From NCBI GenBank assembly GCA_050746205.1, contig JBOGKW010000001.1:203-64202 (forward strand): a DNA stretch of 64,000 nt, read 5' to 3'. Below the pieces are notes generated by a model. It was not told where the DNA came from. It saw only the letters and a list, made by a program, of their open reading frames with translations, and did not search any database. Origin of the DNA: Terriglobales bacterium. Its GTDB lineage: Bacteria > Acidobacteriota > Terriglobia > Terriglobales > SCQP01. A program made the position numbers and the translations under genes. Positions 8,736-19,588 of the stretch are shown piece by piece; within the stretch, counting starts at the first letter, position 1, and each line of letters begins with the position of its first letter.

Positions 8736-10165
8736 GGTAAATGCCTCGTTCCCGCCGTCTCCATCAACTGTTCCCGCGCCAGCATGTAGGCCCCCAGCGC
8801 CTGCCGGTAGGCCAATTCGGTGTCGCGGTAGCTGCGCTCGGCGTCCAGAAAGTCCAGCAAGCTGGCCGCGCCCCGGGTATAGGCGTAGGAACTGATGTTG
8901 CGGGAGTCCAGCGCCTGTTTCAGGTAGCCGGATTGGTAGAGCCGCACCACCTGCGCGCCGGTGTGGGCGGCTTCATAGGCGGTGACCACGTCGGTCAGCA
9001 CCTGCTGGCGCGCCGCCTGTTCCTGGTCCCGCGCCTGCACATGGGCCTCGGCGGCGTACTCGATATTGCCTTGGTTGCGGTCGAAGATGGGGATCTCCAT
9101 GTTGAAGGTCAAGCTGCCGGTATTCAGACCGCTAAGGCGGGTATAGCCGAACGTCGTCGTCAGGTCGCGCTTGCCATTGGCCTTGGCCAGCAGATATTGA
9201 CCCTGGGCGGCGGTGACCCCCTGCTCGGCGGCGCGCAGGTCGGGCCGGTATTTCAGCGCCAGCGCCCGATAGTCGTCGGCGTTGCCGTGCAGCGACACAA
9301 AGGCCAATTGGCCGATCACCTGGAAGTTGCGGGCCAGCGCCGCGTAGCCCACCGCCGCCCGCAGCCCGGCCCGCGCCTGCACCAGAGCCAGCCGGGCCGA
9401 GCTGACGTCCGTTTGGAACTGCAGCCGCTGCAGGGTGATCTTGAGGTAATCACCTTCGCTGATCTGTCCCGCCTGGTAGCGCGCGCGGGAGACCTGGATG
9501 GTCTGGTCAAAGCTGGCCAGATCCTGCTGCGCGAACGCCAGCGTGGATTTGGCCAGCAGCACGCCCACAAACTGCTGCGCCACCTGAAAGCGGAGCTGGC
9601 GGCGCAGGTCGGCCACGCTGGAGCGGGTGACCGCGGTGACCTCTTGCGCCGCTTGCATCCGCCGCTTGCGTTTTCCGCCCCGCTCGAAGGTGTAGGCGAC
9701 TAGGGCGTCGAACTCCGAAATGGTATTGACCGTGCTGGCGTTGAAATGGTTCGGGCTGAAGTAGGGAACGAAAAGGGCATCCCAGGTCAATACTGGATTG
9801 GGGCGGATGGCGGCGGTGATTTGATCCGCCTCGGCCTCGGGAACGGTCATGGCGGCGGCGCGCAAACCGGGGTTGAAGGCCAGGGCCAGGGCAATCGCTT
9901 GCTCCAGCGTCACCTGCCGCGCCGGGGTCGGGGGTAGGGCGGGGGCCGGGTCCGCCGCAGTCGCCTGCGCCGCCTTGGGTAGCCCCAATGCAGTCAGCGT
10001 CGGCAGGGTTGCCGGTCGGGACGGGTGGCCACCCGGCCGCGAGGCGCCCCAGAGCGGGCTGGCCAGTGCCAGGAACCCTAGGCTGAGAACAGCAACAGTT
10101 GTCCGGCACCGGTATTGAGGCGGCATGGGTTGGGCACAGGTCAACCTGAGGCGCAACCGTGACAC
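8732..10165 (-). CDS. TolC-family outer membrane efflux protein (CzcC-like)
   Basis: 477 aa with the duplicated TolC repeat pattern. It overlaps the adaptor gene by 4 nt. Confidence 0.9.
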   Translation of the reverse strand: MSRLRLRLTCAQPMPPQYRCRTTVAVLSLGFLALASPLWGASRPGGHPSRPATLPTLTALGLPKAAQATAADPAPALPPTPARQVTLEQAIALALAFNPGLRAAAMTVPEAEADQITAAIRPNPVLTWDALFVPYFSPNHFNASTVNTISEFDALVAYTFERGGKRKRRMQAAQEVTAVTRSSVADLRRQLRFQVAQQFVGVLLAKSTLAFAQQDLASFDQTIQVSRARYQAGQISEGDYLKITLQRLQFQTDVSSARLALVQARAGLRAAVGYAALARNFQVIGQLAFVSLHGNADDYRALALKYRPDLRAAEQGVTAAQGQYLLAKANGKRDLTTTFGYTRLSGLNTGSLTFNMEIPIFDRNQGNIEYAAEAHVQARDQEQAARQQVLTDVVTAYEAAHTGAQVVRLYQSGYLKQALDSRNISSYAYTRGAASLLDFLDAERSYRDTELAYRQALGAYMLAREQLMETAGTRHLP

Positions 10166-10415
10166 CCCAGTTCAGGAGAAAAGGACGTATGGGGCCGCGG
10201 TTGCGTTTCAGCGCGAGGAGTGGGGTGGGTGTGCGTTACGCGGCCCTAAAGCGGCTGACCCGCCCCCGCCCGCCCCGAAGGCGCGAGCCGCCCGCCCCAA
10301 TTGCCCGTGGGTAAGACCGCCGCTTTGCGTGGACTAGGCGTCCCGCCAGCCCGCCGAACGGCCCAGGGTCCGCCCGCGTTGGGGGGTGCCCGTCGAGCCG
10401 GCTGCCGGCTTGAAC

Positions 10416-11828
10416 CTACTGGCCCGCCGTGGCGGCGGGCGCCACGTTGGGCCCGCCGAAGGCCCGCAGCTTGGCCCCGATCCGCGACCGCACCCAACTG
10501 GCGTCCCACCAGTCCACCGGGTTCATCTGCACGCCATCCAGCAGCATGCTGAAGTGGAGGTGGTCTCCCGCCGCCAGTCCGGTGGAGTCGGTATGGCCAA
10601 TGATCTGGCCTTTGCGCACCATTTGGCCGGGGTGGACCGCGAAGTCGTTCATATGCCCGTAGAGCGACATGAGGCCGTAGCCGTGGTCAATGAGGACGCT
10701 GTTGCCATAGATACCGAAGTATTTGGCCCAGACCACCCGCCCGGCGTTGGCGGCGGGAATGGGGGCGTGCTCGACGGAGGCTAGGTCGTAACCCAAGTGG
10801 TCGTCCTGCTGCACCACCTTGCCGTCGTACATATCCAGCCGGTGGTCGGCAAAGCGAGCCTCGACGGCGGAATGCGGCAAGGGCAAAAAGGCCCCCCGCC
10901 AGTAGAACCGGTGGGCGCTGACATGGCTGACGCGCGCCAATTGCCGCGCGTCGGATTGGCGCAGCGGCCCGTTGACCAGCAGAAACTCGGCCAGCGGTGT
11001 CGCGGGCATCTGCAGCCCCGGCGTGTTGCGAATGATCGGCGTCACGACCTGGGCGATAAAGGCGTCGCTCACCCGAAACGGGCGGGTGCGGTAATGGCTG
11101 GCGAGGGTGGTTACGGGAAAGTTGGCCACTGCCTGATTGCCCGCCTGGTCCCGCGCGACCAGGCGGGGGAGCGCCGACAGCGGTGCGTTGTAGGGCATGG
11201 CAAACAGAGCGAAGCGCGTGCCGGGGGTCGCACCGCGGAGCCGATAACCGGGAAAGAAATGGCCATCGAACCGAACCCCGCTGCGGACGCCCGCCAGGCT
11301 GCCGCCGCCCGGTTCGGCCAAACGATAGACGACCATCTGACAGCCGCCTTGATGGATGTACAACCGCGTGGTCAGGGGGCTGATCATGGGCGGTTGTGTC
11401 CGCACCAACACCGGCCGTCGCAGGGTGGTGGTGGCGCCCCGCAGATTGGCCGCCACCGCCCGCACCACCAGCACTGCCGGCCCGTCCTTCAGCCCGGCCA
11501 CGTCGCCGGCGCCGATCCGTGCCGCCAGCGTCAACTGGCGCTCAGCCACGGGCGCGGAAAGCCAGTACCGCACGCCGGAGCCGGCGCGGGCGACGGTAAG
11601 GGTCTTTCCGCCTTGGAGGTACTCCACGCGCACGGCACGCACGCCGGCGGCATCGCGCACGGTGAGCGGGAGCGTCAAATGCCGGCCGACGGCGGCCGGC
11701 CAGGCCTTGGCGATGATGGCCGGGGCCCGGCCGCGGCCCAGCACCACGGCGAAAAAAATGATGATCAATACGATGAGCGCCAGGACGACGTTGCGTCCGG
11801 CATGCGAGGGAGCATCGAGATCAGCCAA
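10416..11828 (-). CDS. M23-family metallopeptidase with an N-terminal membrane anchor
   Basis: The C-terminus reads ...VLIDHGYGLMSLYGHMN...GHTDSTGLAAGDHLHFSM, which gives the HxxxD and HxH motifs of LytM/M23. Predicted TTG start. Confidence 0.9.
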   Translation of the reverse strand: MADLDAPSHAGRNVVLALIVLIIIFFAVVLGRGRAPAIIAKAWPAAVGRHLTLPLTVRDAAGVRAVRVEYLQGGKTLTVARAGSGVRYWLSAPVAERQLTLAARIGAGDVAGLKDGPAVLVVRAVAANLRGATTTLRRPVLVRTQPPMISPLTTRLYIHQGGCQMVVYRLAEPGGGSLAGVRSGVRFDGHFFPGYRLRGATPGTRFALFAMPYNAPLSALPRLVARDQAGNQAVANFPVTTLASHYRTRPFRVSDAFIAQVVTPIIRNTPGLQMPATPLAEFLLVNGPLRQSDARQLARVSHVSAHRFYWRGAFLPLPHSAVEARFADHRLDMYDGKVVQQDDHLGYDLASVEHAPIPAANAGRVVWAKYFGIYGNSVLIDHGYGLMSLYGHMNDFAVHPGQMVRKGQIIGHTDSTGLAAGDHLHFSMLLDGVQMNPVDWWDASWVRSRIGAKLRAFGGPNVAPAATAGQ

Positions 11829-11926
11829 GGCAAAAAGTCCGGAAAGCGTAAATTAGGACGCGTCAGAGAACGATTATAGGTACGTCCCGCTCCGTTCCAG
11901 CGCGGGGCGCAACGGCGGTTCGGCCA

Positions 11927-12541
11927 CTAGCCGTCGCCCTCAATCCGGCGCAGGATCTCCGCGACCCCGCCGTCGGCGTCCCCGGCCCGCACCCGGTAGT
12001 CCGCCCACGCCCGGCTGGGCGCGATCCAGCGCCGGTGCATCGGCGCCACCGTGTCGGCATATTGCCGTTCCGCCTCCGCTCCTCCCACGCCGCGCTCGGC
12101 GAGGTCCCGCGCCAGCCGCCGCTCGCGCCGCCGCCCTGCCGGCGCATCCACAAACACCTTAATGTCCAGATGTCGCCGCAAGGCTGGCAGCGCCAGCAGA
12201 AACAACCCCTCGGCCACGATCACTGGCCGCGGCGCGAGCGGGGCGGCGTTCGCCGCGCGGCGGTGCGTGGCGAAGTCGTAACGCGGCTCCCGCACCGCCC
12301 GCCCAGCCCTCAGAGCCGCCAGATTGGCTGCCAACGTCGCGACATCCAGCGCCTCGGGACAGTCAAAGTTGTGCGCCGCTAGCTCTTGCGGCGTCAGATG
12401 CCGCAGATCGTGATAGTAATGGTCCTGCGCCACCAGCGCCGCCCGCTCGCCTAGCGCGGCGCACAGGCGCCCCGCCAGCCAACTCTTCCCCGCCCCGGAG
12501 CCGCCGGCAATGCCCACCACCGTGACCGTGCCGCCCGCCAT
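11927..12541 (-). CDS. udk: Uridine kinase
   Basis: P-loop VVGIAGGSGAGKS followed by ...VAQDHYYHDL...NFDCPEALD...PRYDFATHRR, which is typical of Udk. Confidence 0.85.
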   Translation of the reverse strand: MAGGTVTVVGIAGGSGAGKSWLAGRLCAALGERAALVAQDHYYHDLRHLTPQELAAHNFDCPEALDVATLAANLAALRAGRAVREPRYDFATHRRAANAAPLAPRPVIVAEGLFLLALPALRRHLDIKVFVDAPAGRRRERRLARDLAERGVGGAEAERQYADTVAPMHRRWIAPSRAWADYRVRAGDADGGVAEILRRIEGDG

Positions 12542-12709
12542 CCGCCTCTAGCCTATCGCGGTGCCAGCATCGCCGGCCCCGCAAGCCCCCGCCGGCAGGG
12601 CGACGGTACGCCAGCCGTGAGGCGGATCCTGGCGTGGCGACGAAGCGTGGGGCGCCCGGCTGCGGCGTCAGAGGTTTAGCCGACCCGTTGTTTTTGGTAT
12701 GCTCGCGCC

Positions 12710-15700
12710 ATGACGCCCGTCCGCCGCACTACGCTCGTCCGTTGCCTCGCGATTGTCCTGCTGGCCCTGGGAGCGGTGGCGTTCGCCGCCGCGCAACTCC
12801 CGGCTAGCCTCTACTCCGGCCTGCGCTGGCGCTTGGTCGGCCCCTTCCGCTCCGGCCGCGTGCTGGCCGTGACCGGCGTTCCGGGCCATCCCAACCGCTT
12901 CTTTATCGGCGGCGTGGATGGCGGGGTGTGGGAGACCAACGATGCCGGCCGCACCTGGAAGCCGGTCTTTGACCAGCAGGATATCGGCTCCATCGGAGCC
13001 ATCGCCGTCGCCCCCAACGATCCCAACGTGATCTACGTCGGCGCCGGCGAGGCGGACATGCGCTCCGACATTTCCTATGGCAACGGCGTCTACAAATCCA
13101 CCGACGGCGGCCGCACCTGGCGGCATCTGGGCCTGGCCGCGACGCGCCACATCGGCAGCATCGTGGTGGATCCGCGCAACCCGGACATCGTGCTGGTCGC
13201 CGCCCTGGGCCGCGCCTACGGGCCCAGCCCCCAGCGCGGCGTGTATCGCTCCGCTGACGGCGGTCAGACCTGGACCAAGGTGCTGTACAAAAATGACGAG
13301 ACCGGCGGCATTGACCTGGCCATGGATCCCAGCAATCCGCGGATCGTCTATGCGGCCCTGTGGCAGGCGCAGCGCCCGGCTTGGAATCAATATCCCCCCA
13401 ATCAGGGGCCGGGCAGCAGCATTTACAAATCCACCGATGAAGGCCAAACATGGACCCAGCTGAGCGGCCATGGCCTGCCGCCCGGGCCCTGGGGCCGGAT
13501 TGGCCTGGGCGTGGCGTTCCACGACGGCGGCCGCCGCGTCTTTGCCTTGATCGCCGCCAAACAGGGCGGCCTGTACCGCTCCGACGACCGCGGCGCTAGC
13601 TGGAAGCGTGTCAGCGCCGACCCGCGCATTGACAGCCGCTCCTGGTATTTCAGCGGCATCTATCCGCAGCCGGGCAATGCGAACGTGATCTTCATCTGCG
13701 ATGTGGCCATGTACAAATCCGTGGACGGCGGCCACACCTTCACCGCCATCAAAGGTTCGCCGGGCGGGGACGACTACCATGCGCTGTGGATTTCCCGCCG
13801 CGATCCCCGCCGCATGGTCGCCGGCGTGGACCAAGGCGCGATTGTCACCGTCAACGGCGGGCAGAGTTGGTCTAGCTGGTACAACCAGCCGCTCGGCCAG
13901 TTCTATCACGTCATCACCGACAACCGCTGGCCCTATTGGATCTATGGCGCGCAGCAGGACAGCGGCACCGTGGGCATTGTCAGCCGCGGCGACTACGGAC
14001 GCATCACCTTCCGCGACTGGCATTCGGTCGGCGCCGGGGAGAGCGGCTATATCGCGCCCGATCCGCTTGATGCCAACATCATTTTCGGCGGCAGCTACGG
14101 TGGCGTGGTCACGCGCTACGACAACATCACCGGGCAGGTGCAGAACGTGACCCCCTGGCCCGGCGCGGACAAATACCGCTCCACTTGGACTTTCCCCATC
14201 GTCTTCTCGCCCACCGATCCTCACACCCTGTACGCCGGCATGCAGTATGTGCTGGCCACCGACAATGGCGGCCACAGCTGGCGGCGCATCAGCCCGGACC
14301 TCACGCTATATCAAAACAGCGAGCCCGTGCCCGCCGATCCGGCGGCGGCGAAGCTCTATAAGGATGGCGAAAACCGCGGCGTGGTCTATACCATCGCCCC
14401 CTCGCCGCTGCAAAACGGCGAGATCTGGGCGGGCACCGACGACGGGCTGATCTGGCTGACCCAGGACGGCGGTACCCACTGGAGTAACGTGACGCCGCAG
14501 GGGCTGCCGGTTTGGAGCAAAATCAGCTTGATTGAGGCTTCGCATTTTCACCCCGGCACGGCTTATGCTGCCGTGGACCGGCACCGGGTCAATGATTTCC
14601 GCCCCTACATTTACCGCACCACCGACTTCGGCCGCAGCTGGACGGAGATCTCCACGGGCATTCCGCATGACTACTATGTGCACGCGGTCCGCGAGGATCC
14701 GGTGCGCCGCGGCCTGCTCTATGCCGGCACGGAGCGCGGCATCTTCGTTTCCTTCGACAACGGCGAAAACTGGCAATCGCTCCAGCTGAACTTGCCGGTC
14801 AGCTCCGTCCGCGACATGGCCATCCGCGATCACGATCTGATCGTGGCCACGCACGGCCGCGCCCTTTGGGTGCTCGACGACATTACCCTGTTGCGCCATC
14901 TGACGGCGCAGACGGCGAACGCGGTGCACTTGTTCCCGCCGGCGGTGGCCATCCGTGTCCGCGCCAACGAGAATCAGGACACGCCCTGGCCCAAGTCCAC
15001 CCCGGCCGGACAAAATCCGCCCACCGGCGCCATCGTGGATTACTACCTGCCCCAGGCCGCTAGCGGCCCGGTGAGGCTGGAATTTCTGAACGCGCAGGGC
15101 CAGGTGATCCGCCGCTATTCCAGCGCCGATCCCGTGCCCGTGCCGCCCAAAACTCCGCCCAACGTGGCGGCGTATTGGGAGACGCCGCCGCATGCCCTGG
15201 CCACCACCGCCGGCATGCACCGCTGGGTTTGGGGGCTGCGCTACTCCGCGCCGGAGGCGATCGGCCGCAGCGACAACTATTGGATCGCGGCGACGCCGCA
15301 TGATTCGTTCCGCATGCCGCAGGGCCCGCTGGTGCTGCCTGGAGACTACAAGGTCGAGCTGACGGTGGACGGGCGGACCTATACCCAGCCGCTGACGGTC
15401 AAGTTGGATCCGCGCGTGCACGTCGCGGCGGCCGCGCTAGAGCAGCAGTTGGATTTGGAGCTGAAAATTCGCGCTGCGCTCGCGGCCAGCTACCACGCCA
15501 TTCAAGGGATCGGGCGGCTCCGCGGGCAACTGCGCGAACTCGAAGCCCGGCTAGCCGGCAACCCGCAGGCGGCGGCGGTCGTTGCCGCCGCGCGGCAGTT
15601 GGGCGCGGCGGCCAAGGCGGCGGCGGGCTCGACTGCGGATCTGTATGGCTCCGGGGCCGCCGGCGGCGGCTTGGCGGTGCTCAACGGTACGCTGGCCAAC

Positions 15701-15883
15701 CTCACGCAATCGCTGGACACCGCCGATGCCGCTCCCACTGCCGGCGGTGAGGCCGTCTACCAGCAGGCACAGGCGCGGCTGGATCGCGTGCTGACGGCGT
15801 GGAACCGCCGGCGGCAAGCGGGATTGGCGCGGCTCAATGGGCTGATGCGCCAGGGCCACATTCCGGCCATCGGCGGGCAGTAG
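12710..15883 (+). CDS. Secreted BNR/Asp-box repeat (sortilin/VPS10-type double propeller) protein
   Basis: 1057 aa with a signal peptide and at least 10 Asp-box motifs (SxDxGxTW), for example TNDAGRTW, STDGGRTW, SADGGQTW, STDEGQTW, TTDFGRSW and SFDNGENW. Confidence 0.85.
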   Translation: MTPVRRTTLVRCLAIVLLALGAVAFAAAQLPASLYSGLRWRLVGPFRSGRVLAVTGVPGHPNRFFIGGVDGGVWETNDAGRTWKPVFDQQDIGSIGAIAVAPNDPNVIYVGAGEADMRSDISYGNGVYKSTDGGRTWRHLGLAATRHIGSIVVDPRNPDIVLVAALGRAYGPSPQRGVYRSADGGQTWTKVLYKNDETGGIDLAMDPSNPRIVYAALWQAQRPAWNQYPPNQGPGSSIYKSTDEGQTWTQLSGHGLPPGPWGRIGLGVAFHDGGRRVFALIAAKQGGLYRSDDRGASWKRVSADPRIDSRSWYFSGIYPQPGNANVIFICDVAMYKSVDGGHTFTAIKGSPGGDDYHALWISRRDPRRMVAGVDQGAIVTVNGGQSWSSWYNQPLGQFYHVITDNRWPYWIYGAQQDSGTVGIVSRGDYGRITFRDWHSVGAGESGYIAPDPLDANIIFGGSYGGVVTRYDNITGQVQNVTPWPGADKYRSTWTFPIVFSPTDPHTLYAGMQYVLATDNGGHSWRRISPDLTLYQNSEPVPADPAAAKLYKDGENRGVVYTIAPSPLQNGEIWAGTDDGLIWLTQDGGTHWSNVTPQGLPVWSKISLIEASHFHPGTAYAAVDRHRVNDFRPYIYRTTDFGRSWTEISTGIPHDYYVHAVREDPVRRGLLYAGTERGIFVSFDNGENWQSLQLNLPVSSVRDMAIRDHDLIVATHGRALWVLDDITLLRHLTAQTANAVHLFPPAVAIRVRANENQDTPWPKSTPAGQNPPTGAIVDYYLPQAASGPVRLEFLNAQGQVIRRYSSADPVPVPPKTPPNVAAYWETPPHALATTAGMHRWVWGLRYSAPEAIGRSDNYWIAATPHDSFRMPQGPLVLPGDYKVELTVDGRTYTQPLTVKLDPRVHVAAAALEQQLDLELKIRAALAASYHAIQGIGRLRGQLRELEARLAGNPQAAAVVAAARQLGAAAKAAAGSTADLYGSGAAGGGLAVLNGTLANLTQSLDTADAAPTAGGEAVYQQAQARLDRVLTAWNRRRQAGLARLNGLMRQGHIPAIGGQ

Positions 15884-15907
15884 CCAGCCCGCGGTCGTGG
15901 GACAGGT

Positions 15908-17227
15908 TTATTCGTAGCGCAGGGCTTCGATCGGATCCAGCCGGGCGGCCTTGCTAGCCGGGTAGAAGCCGAAAAAGATGCCGATCGCGGCGGAGAATAC
16001 CACCGCAAGGACGATCGCCGCCCCGGAACTGGCCACCTGCCAGTGGGTCAGCGCCGCCACCAGTGCCGATAGCCCCAGGCCCAGCAAGATGCCCACCACC
16101 CCACCTGCAAGGCTCAGCAGAATCGCCTCGAACAGGAACTGCCGCTGCACGTCCTCCTCGGTGGCCCCTACCGCCATGCGGATGCCGATCTCGTGGGTGC
16201 GCTCGGTCACCGAGACCAGCATGATGTTCATGATCCCGATGCCGCCCACCAGCAGCGAGACCGACGCGATGCTGCCCAGCAGCCAGGTCATGATCTCGCC
16301 GGCGGAGTTGGCGACCTGGGCGATGTCGGCCAGATTGCGCACCATGAAGTCATTTGGCTGGCCGCGCAGAATGCGGTGCCGCTGGTGCAGCAGGGCGGTG
16401 ATCTGCTGCTGCGCCGTGGCGGTCGCGTCTTTGGAGATGGCGGAGGCGACGATATAGTTCAGCCAATCCTCGCCGCTGATCTTCTTTTGCAGCGTGGTAT
16501 AGGGAATAAACACCACGTCGTCTTGGTCCTGGCCCATGCCGGACTGCCCCTTGCCTTGCAGCACGCCGACGACGGTGAAGGGCAGGTTCGGCGAGAGGGC
16601 GGCCGCGCCGTTGCCGGTGGTGGCGGTATTGGTGGCGCTGGTGGCCGCAGCCGAAGTGCCGGGGGTCGCGGTGCCGGTGGTGGCGCCGCCGATCATGATG
16701 GTCTGGCCGACGGGATTGGGCGTGTCGGGAAATAGATTCTGCACCACGGTCTGGCCCAGCACCGCGACGTTTCGCGCCAGGCTCACGTCCTGCGCGGTAA
16801 AGGGGCCGCCGGCGGTGAAGGACCAATTGCGAATTTGGAAATACGCCGGCTCGGTGCCGGTGATGTTGGTGCCCCAGTTATTGCCCCCGGCCACGACCTG
16901 CGCCCGGGTGGTCGCGCCGGCCGCCACCGCTGCCACCGTGGGCACCTGGCGCTCGATCGCCACCTCGTCGGAGTGGACCAGGGTCCTGGTTTGCCCCCAG
17001 CCCATGCGCACCGCCCCGGCCTGATGGCTGCCGGAGGCGATGAACAGCAGGTTGCTGCCCATGGAGGCGATCTGCGACTGCACCTGCTGATTGGCGCCCT
17101 GGCCGACGCCCACCATGGCGATCACCGCGGCCACGCCGATCACGATGCCTAGCATGGTCAGAGCGGAGCGCATCTTGTTGCGCTCCAGCGCCCGCAGCGC
17201 GATTCGCAGAATCGCCAGAAATTCCAT
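15908..17227 (-). CDS. MacB/FtsX-type ABC transporter permease
   Basis: 439 aa with an N-terminal TM segment, a large periplasmic domain and a C-terminal FtsX 3-TM bundle (...GIMNIMLVSVTERTHEIGIRMAVGA...). Confidence 0.9.
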   Translation of the reverse strand: MEFLAILRIALRALERNKMRSALTMLGIVIGVAAVIAMVGVGQGANQQVQSQIASMGSNLLFIASGSHQAGAVRMGWGQTRTLVHSDEVAIERQVPTVAAVAAGATTRAQVVAGGNNWGTNITGTEPAYFQIRNWSFTAGGPFTAQDVSLARNVAVLGQTVVQNLFPDTPNPVGQTIMIGGATTGTATPGTSAAATSATNTATTGNGAAALSPNLPFTVVGVLQGKGQSGMGQDQDDVVFIPYTTLQKKISGEDWLNYIVASAISKDATATAQQQITALLHQRHRILRGQPNDFMVRNLADIAQVANSAGEIMTWLLGSIASVSLLVGGIGIMNIMLVSVTERTHEIGIRMAVGATEEDVQRQFLFEAILLSLAGGVVGILLGLGLSALVAALTHWQVASSGAAIVLAVVFSAAIGIFFGFYPASKAARLDPIEALRYE

Positions 17228-17229
17228 GG

Positions 17230-18036
17230 CTAGACCTCCGTCTCTTCCCCGACCGGCAGTTCCTGCCGCACCACCGCCGCCTCCAGCCGGTCCTCAACCG
17301 GGGCGTCGCGCCGGATGCGGCCGTCCCGGAAGCTGACGACCCGCCGCGCATAGCGCGCGATGTCCGGCTCATGCGTCACCAGCACCAGCGTCAGGCCCTC
17401 GGTTTCGTTCAAATGCTGGAAGATCTCCATGATCTCGACGCTGGTGCGCGTGTCCAAATTGCCCGTGGGCTCGTCGGCCAATAGGATTGCCGGGCGGTTC
17501 ATCAGCGCCCGCGCGATCGCCACCCGCTGCTGCTGGCCGCCGGAAAGCTGGCTGGGATGGTGGCCAGCGCGGTCGCTCAGCCCCACAATCTCCAGCGCCG
17601 CTCGCGCCCGCGCCATCCGCTCCTCGGCGCCCAGCCGGGCATAGAGGGCCGGCAGCTCCACGTTTTCCAAGGCGGTGGTGCGGGCCAGGAGGTTGAAGCC
17701 CTGGAACACAAACCCGATCCGCCGGTTGCGGATGCCGGCCCGCTCCCCCTTGTCCAGCTCCGAGACATCGCGGCCCTCCAGCCAATAGCGGCCGCGCGAG
17801 GGGCGGTCCAGGCAGCCGCAGATGTTCATGAAGGTACTCTTGCCGCCGCCCGAAGGGCCCATGATGGCCACGAACTCGCCGCGTCCGATCTCCAGATCAA
17901 TGCCGCGCAAGGCGTGCACCTGAACCTCGCCCAGGTCGTAGGTCTTGTGCACCCCTTCCATGCGGATCACCGCCTCGGGCGTTGCCGTCGCGCCGGTGGG
18001 GAGCGTGGTTCCGAAGCTGGCCGCGGACGTGCCCAT
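17230..18036 (-). CDS. ABC transporter ATP-binding protein (MacB/LolD type)
   Basis: Walker [10 protein letters not shown], signature [14 protein letters not shown] and Walker B ILLADEPT. It is tightly coupled to the flanking genes. Confidence 0.95.
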   Translation of the reverse strand: MGTSAASFGTTLPTGATATPEAVIRMEGVHKTYDLGEVQVHALRGIDLEIGRGEFVAIMGPSGGGKSTFMNICGCLDRPSRGRYWLEGRDVSELDKGERAGIRNRRIGFVFQGFNLLARTTALENVELPALYARLGAEERMARARAALEIVGLSDRAGHHPSQLSGGQQQRVAIARALMNRPAILLADEPTGNLDTRTSVEIMEIFQHLNETEGLTLVLVTHEPDIARYARRVVSFRDGRIRRDAPVEDRLEAAVVRQELPVGEETEV

Positions 18037-18038
18037 GG

Positions 18039-19478
18039 TTAGCGGAACCTCCCGCCCGTCATCGGCGACAAGCCCTTGGACTTGACCACCATGCCGGTCA
18101 CCAGCTTGTCGCCCGCCGCCAGCGAACCGCGCAGCACGGTCACCGCGGTGTCGGTGAAGTTGGTGATGCCGGTTTGCACCCGCACCGGGACCAACTGATT
18201 CCCAGGTCCCAGCTTCCAGAGCATGGCGGTGTCGGCGCGCCGCACCGGATCCTGGGCCGCCGCCGCCGCGCCGCCGGCCGCACCGGGCGCCGCCGCCGCG
18301 GTCTGCCGCCGCCGCGGGGCCATGCCATAGCGCTCCAGCAGGGCCTGCAGTTGCGCCGGCGGCAGTTCCGGCTTGAAGCGCAGCGCGGCGGCCGGCACCA
18401 GCAGTTCATTGTGCACGGTGGCCACGGGAATGTTGACGTAGGCTGTCATGCCGGGGAAGACCTGTCCGCCGGGATTGTCGAAGTTGACCATCACGTCGTA
18501 TTCGACGACGTTCTGCACCGTGGTGGCATTCATGCGAACCTGGCTGACCGCGCCGCGGAAAACTTCATTGGGAAAGGCGTCCAACGTGAACGTCGCCGGA
18601 TCGCCCACGTGAATGCGGCCCACGTCGCTTTCATCCGTCTGCACGTCCACCTGCATCTTGCTCAGGTCCTGGGCGATGGTGAACAGGGTCGGCGTTTGGA
18701 ACGACGCCGCCACGGTTTGGCCTACGTCCACCGCCCGGTCTACCACCACGCCGTCTATCGGCGAGTAGATGTTGCAGTAGCCGAGGTTGGTCTCGGCTAC
18801 TTTCAGCGCCGCCACCTGCATCTCCGCCTGCGCCTTGGCCTGCACCAGTTGCGCCTGCGCGGCCACCAGCTTGGCCTGGTCCTGCGCCGCCGCGGCCGCG
18901 GTCACCTGCACCGCCGCCCGGTCGGCGGCCTCGGTGGTCACCGCCTGGTCGCGCTGCTGTTTACTGAAAATGCCTTGCTGATACAGCGGTACCGTCTGGT
19001 CCATGACCAGCTTGGCGTCCTCCCAGGTGGCCTGCGCCTGCTGAATCGACGCCTTGGCGCCGACTAGCGTCTGCTCGGCCACGCCGACGTTGGCCTGCAG
19101 GCTGCGCACGTTCGCCTCGGCCTGGTCGAGGTTCGCTTTGGCCGAAAGCACGTTGTTTTGATACACGGTGGGATCAATCTGGGCGATGAGCTGGCCCTTT
19201 TTGACCGGGGAGTTGAAATCCACCAACAGCTTCTGCACCAGCCCGGAGATCTGGGCCCCCACGTTGACCGTGGTCACGGCCTGCACCGTGCCGCTGGCCT
19301 GCACGGTGGCGGTCAGGTTGCCGCGGGTCACCGCGGCGCTGAAATATTGGGCGGGCGAACTCCGCCGCAAGCCCAGCGTCACTGCCGCGATCGCCACCAG
19401 CAGTGCCAGCACACCGTAGCGTGCCTGCCGGCTGCGGAGGCGATACCAGGGCTGCTTCCGGCTACTCTGCTGTTCCAT
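18039..19478 (-). CDS. MacA/HlyD-family periplasmic adaptor
   Basis: Long coiled-coil adaptor architecture. I prefer the ATG at 19478 (MEQQSSRK...), which is preceded by AGGAGG, over the upstream GTG at 19499. Confidence 0.9.
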   Translation of the reverse strand: MEQQSSRKQPWYRLRSRQARYGVLALLVAIAAVTLGLRRSSPAQYFSAAVTRGNLTATVQASGTVQAVTTVNVGAQISGLVQKLLVDFNSPVKKGQLIAQIDPTVYQNNVLSAKANLDQAEANVRSLQANVGVAEQTLVGAKASIQQAQATWEDAKLVMDQTVPLYQQGIFSKQQRDQAVTTEAADRAAVQVTAAAAAQDQAKLVAAQAQLVQAKAQAEMQVAALKVAETNLGYCNIYSPIDGVVVDRAVDVGQTVAASFQTPTLFTIAQDLSKMQVDVQTDESDVGRIHVGDPATFTLDAFPNEVFRGAVSQVRMNATTVQNVVEYDVMVNFDNPGGQVFPGMTAYVNIPVATVHNELLVPAAALRFKPELPPAQLQALLERYGMAPRRRQTAAAAPGAAGGAAAAAQDPVRRADTAMLWKLGPGNQLVPVRVQTGITNFTDTAVTVLRGSLAAGDKLVTGMVVKSKGLSPMTGGRFR

Positions 19479-19588
19479 TCCGGCCTCCTGCGCGTTCACC
19501 TTAAGGAACGCCCGCCGCCGGGCGGCGGTTACAGTGGCGGCGCGGCGGGGGCCGCCGCCCCGCCACCCCCCGCTACAATGGAAGCGCT

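Noticed and set aside
12668-14275. 535-aa minus-strand ORF opposite the BNR/Asp-box protein gene
   Set aside because: It is antisense to a gene with more than 10 Asp-box motifs. The translation is low-complexity (A/G/V/D-rich) with no family resemblance.
19574-19579. Isolated -10-like hexamers very close to start codons: TACAAT 9 nt before bioB, TACACT 6 nt before the Sec-bcp ATG (62315-62320, minus), TACACT before moxR (34233-34238), and TATAAT upstream of the M23 gene (11873-11878, minus). Together they hint at leaderless or short-leader mRNAs.
   Set aside because: None has a convincing -35 element, and such hexamers can occur by chance. I did not report them as promoters without transcription start-site data.
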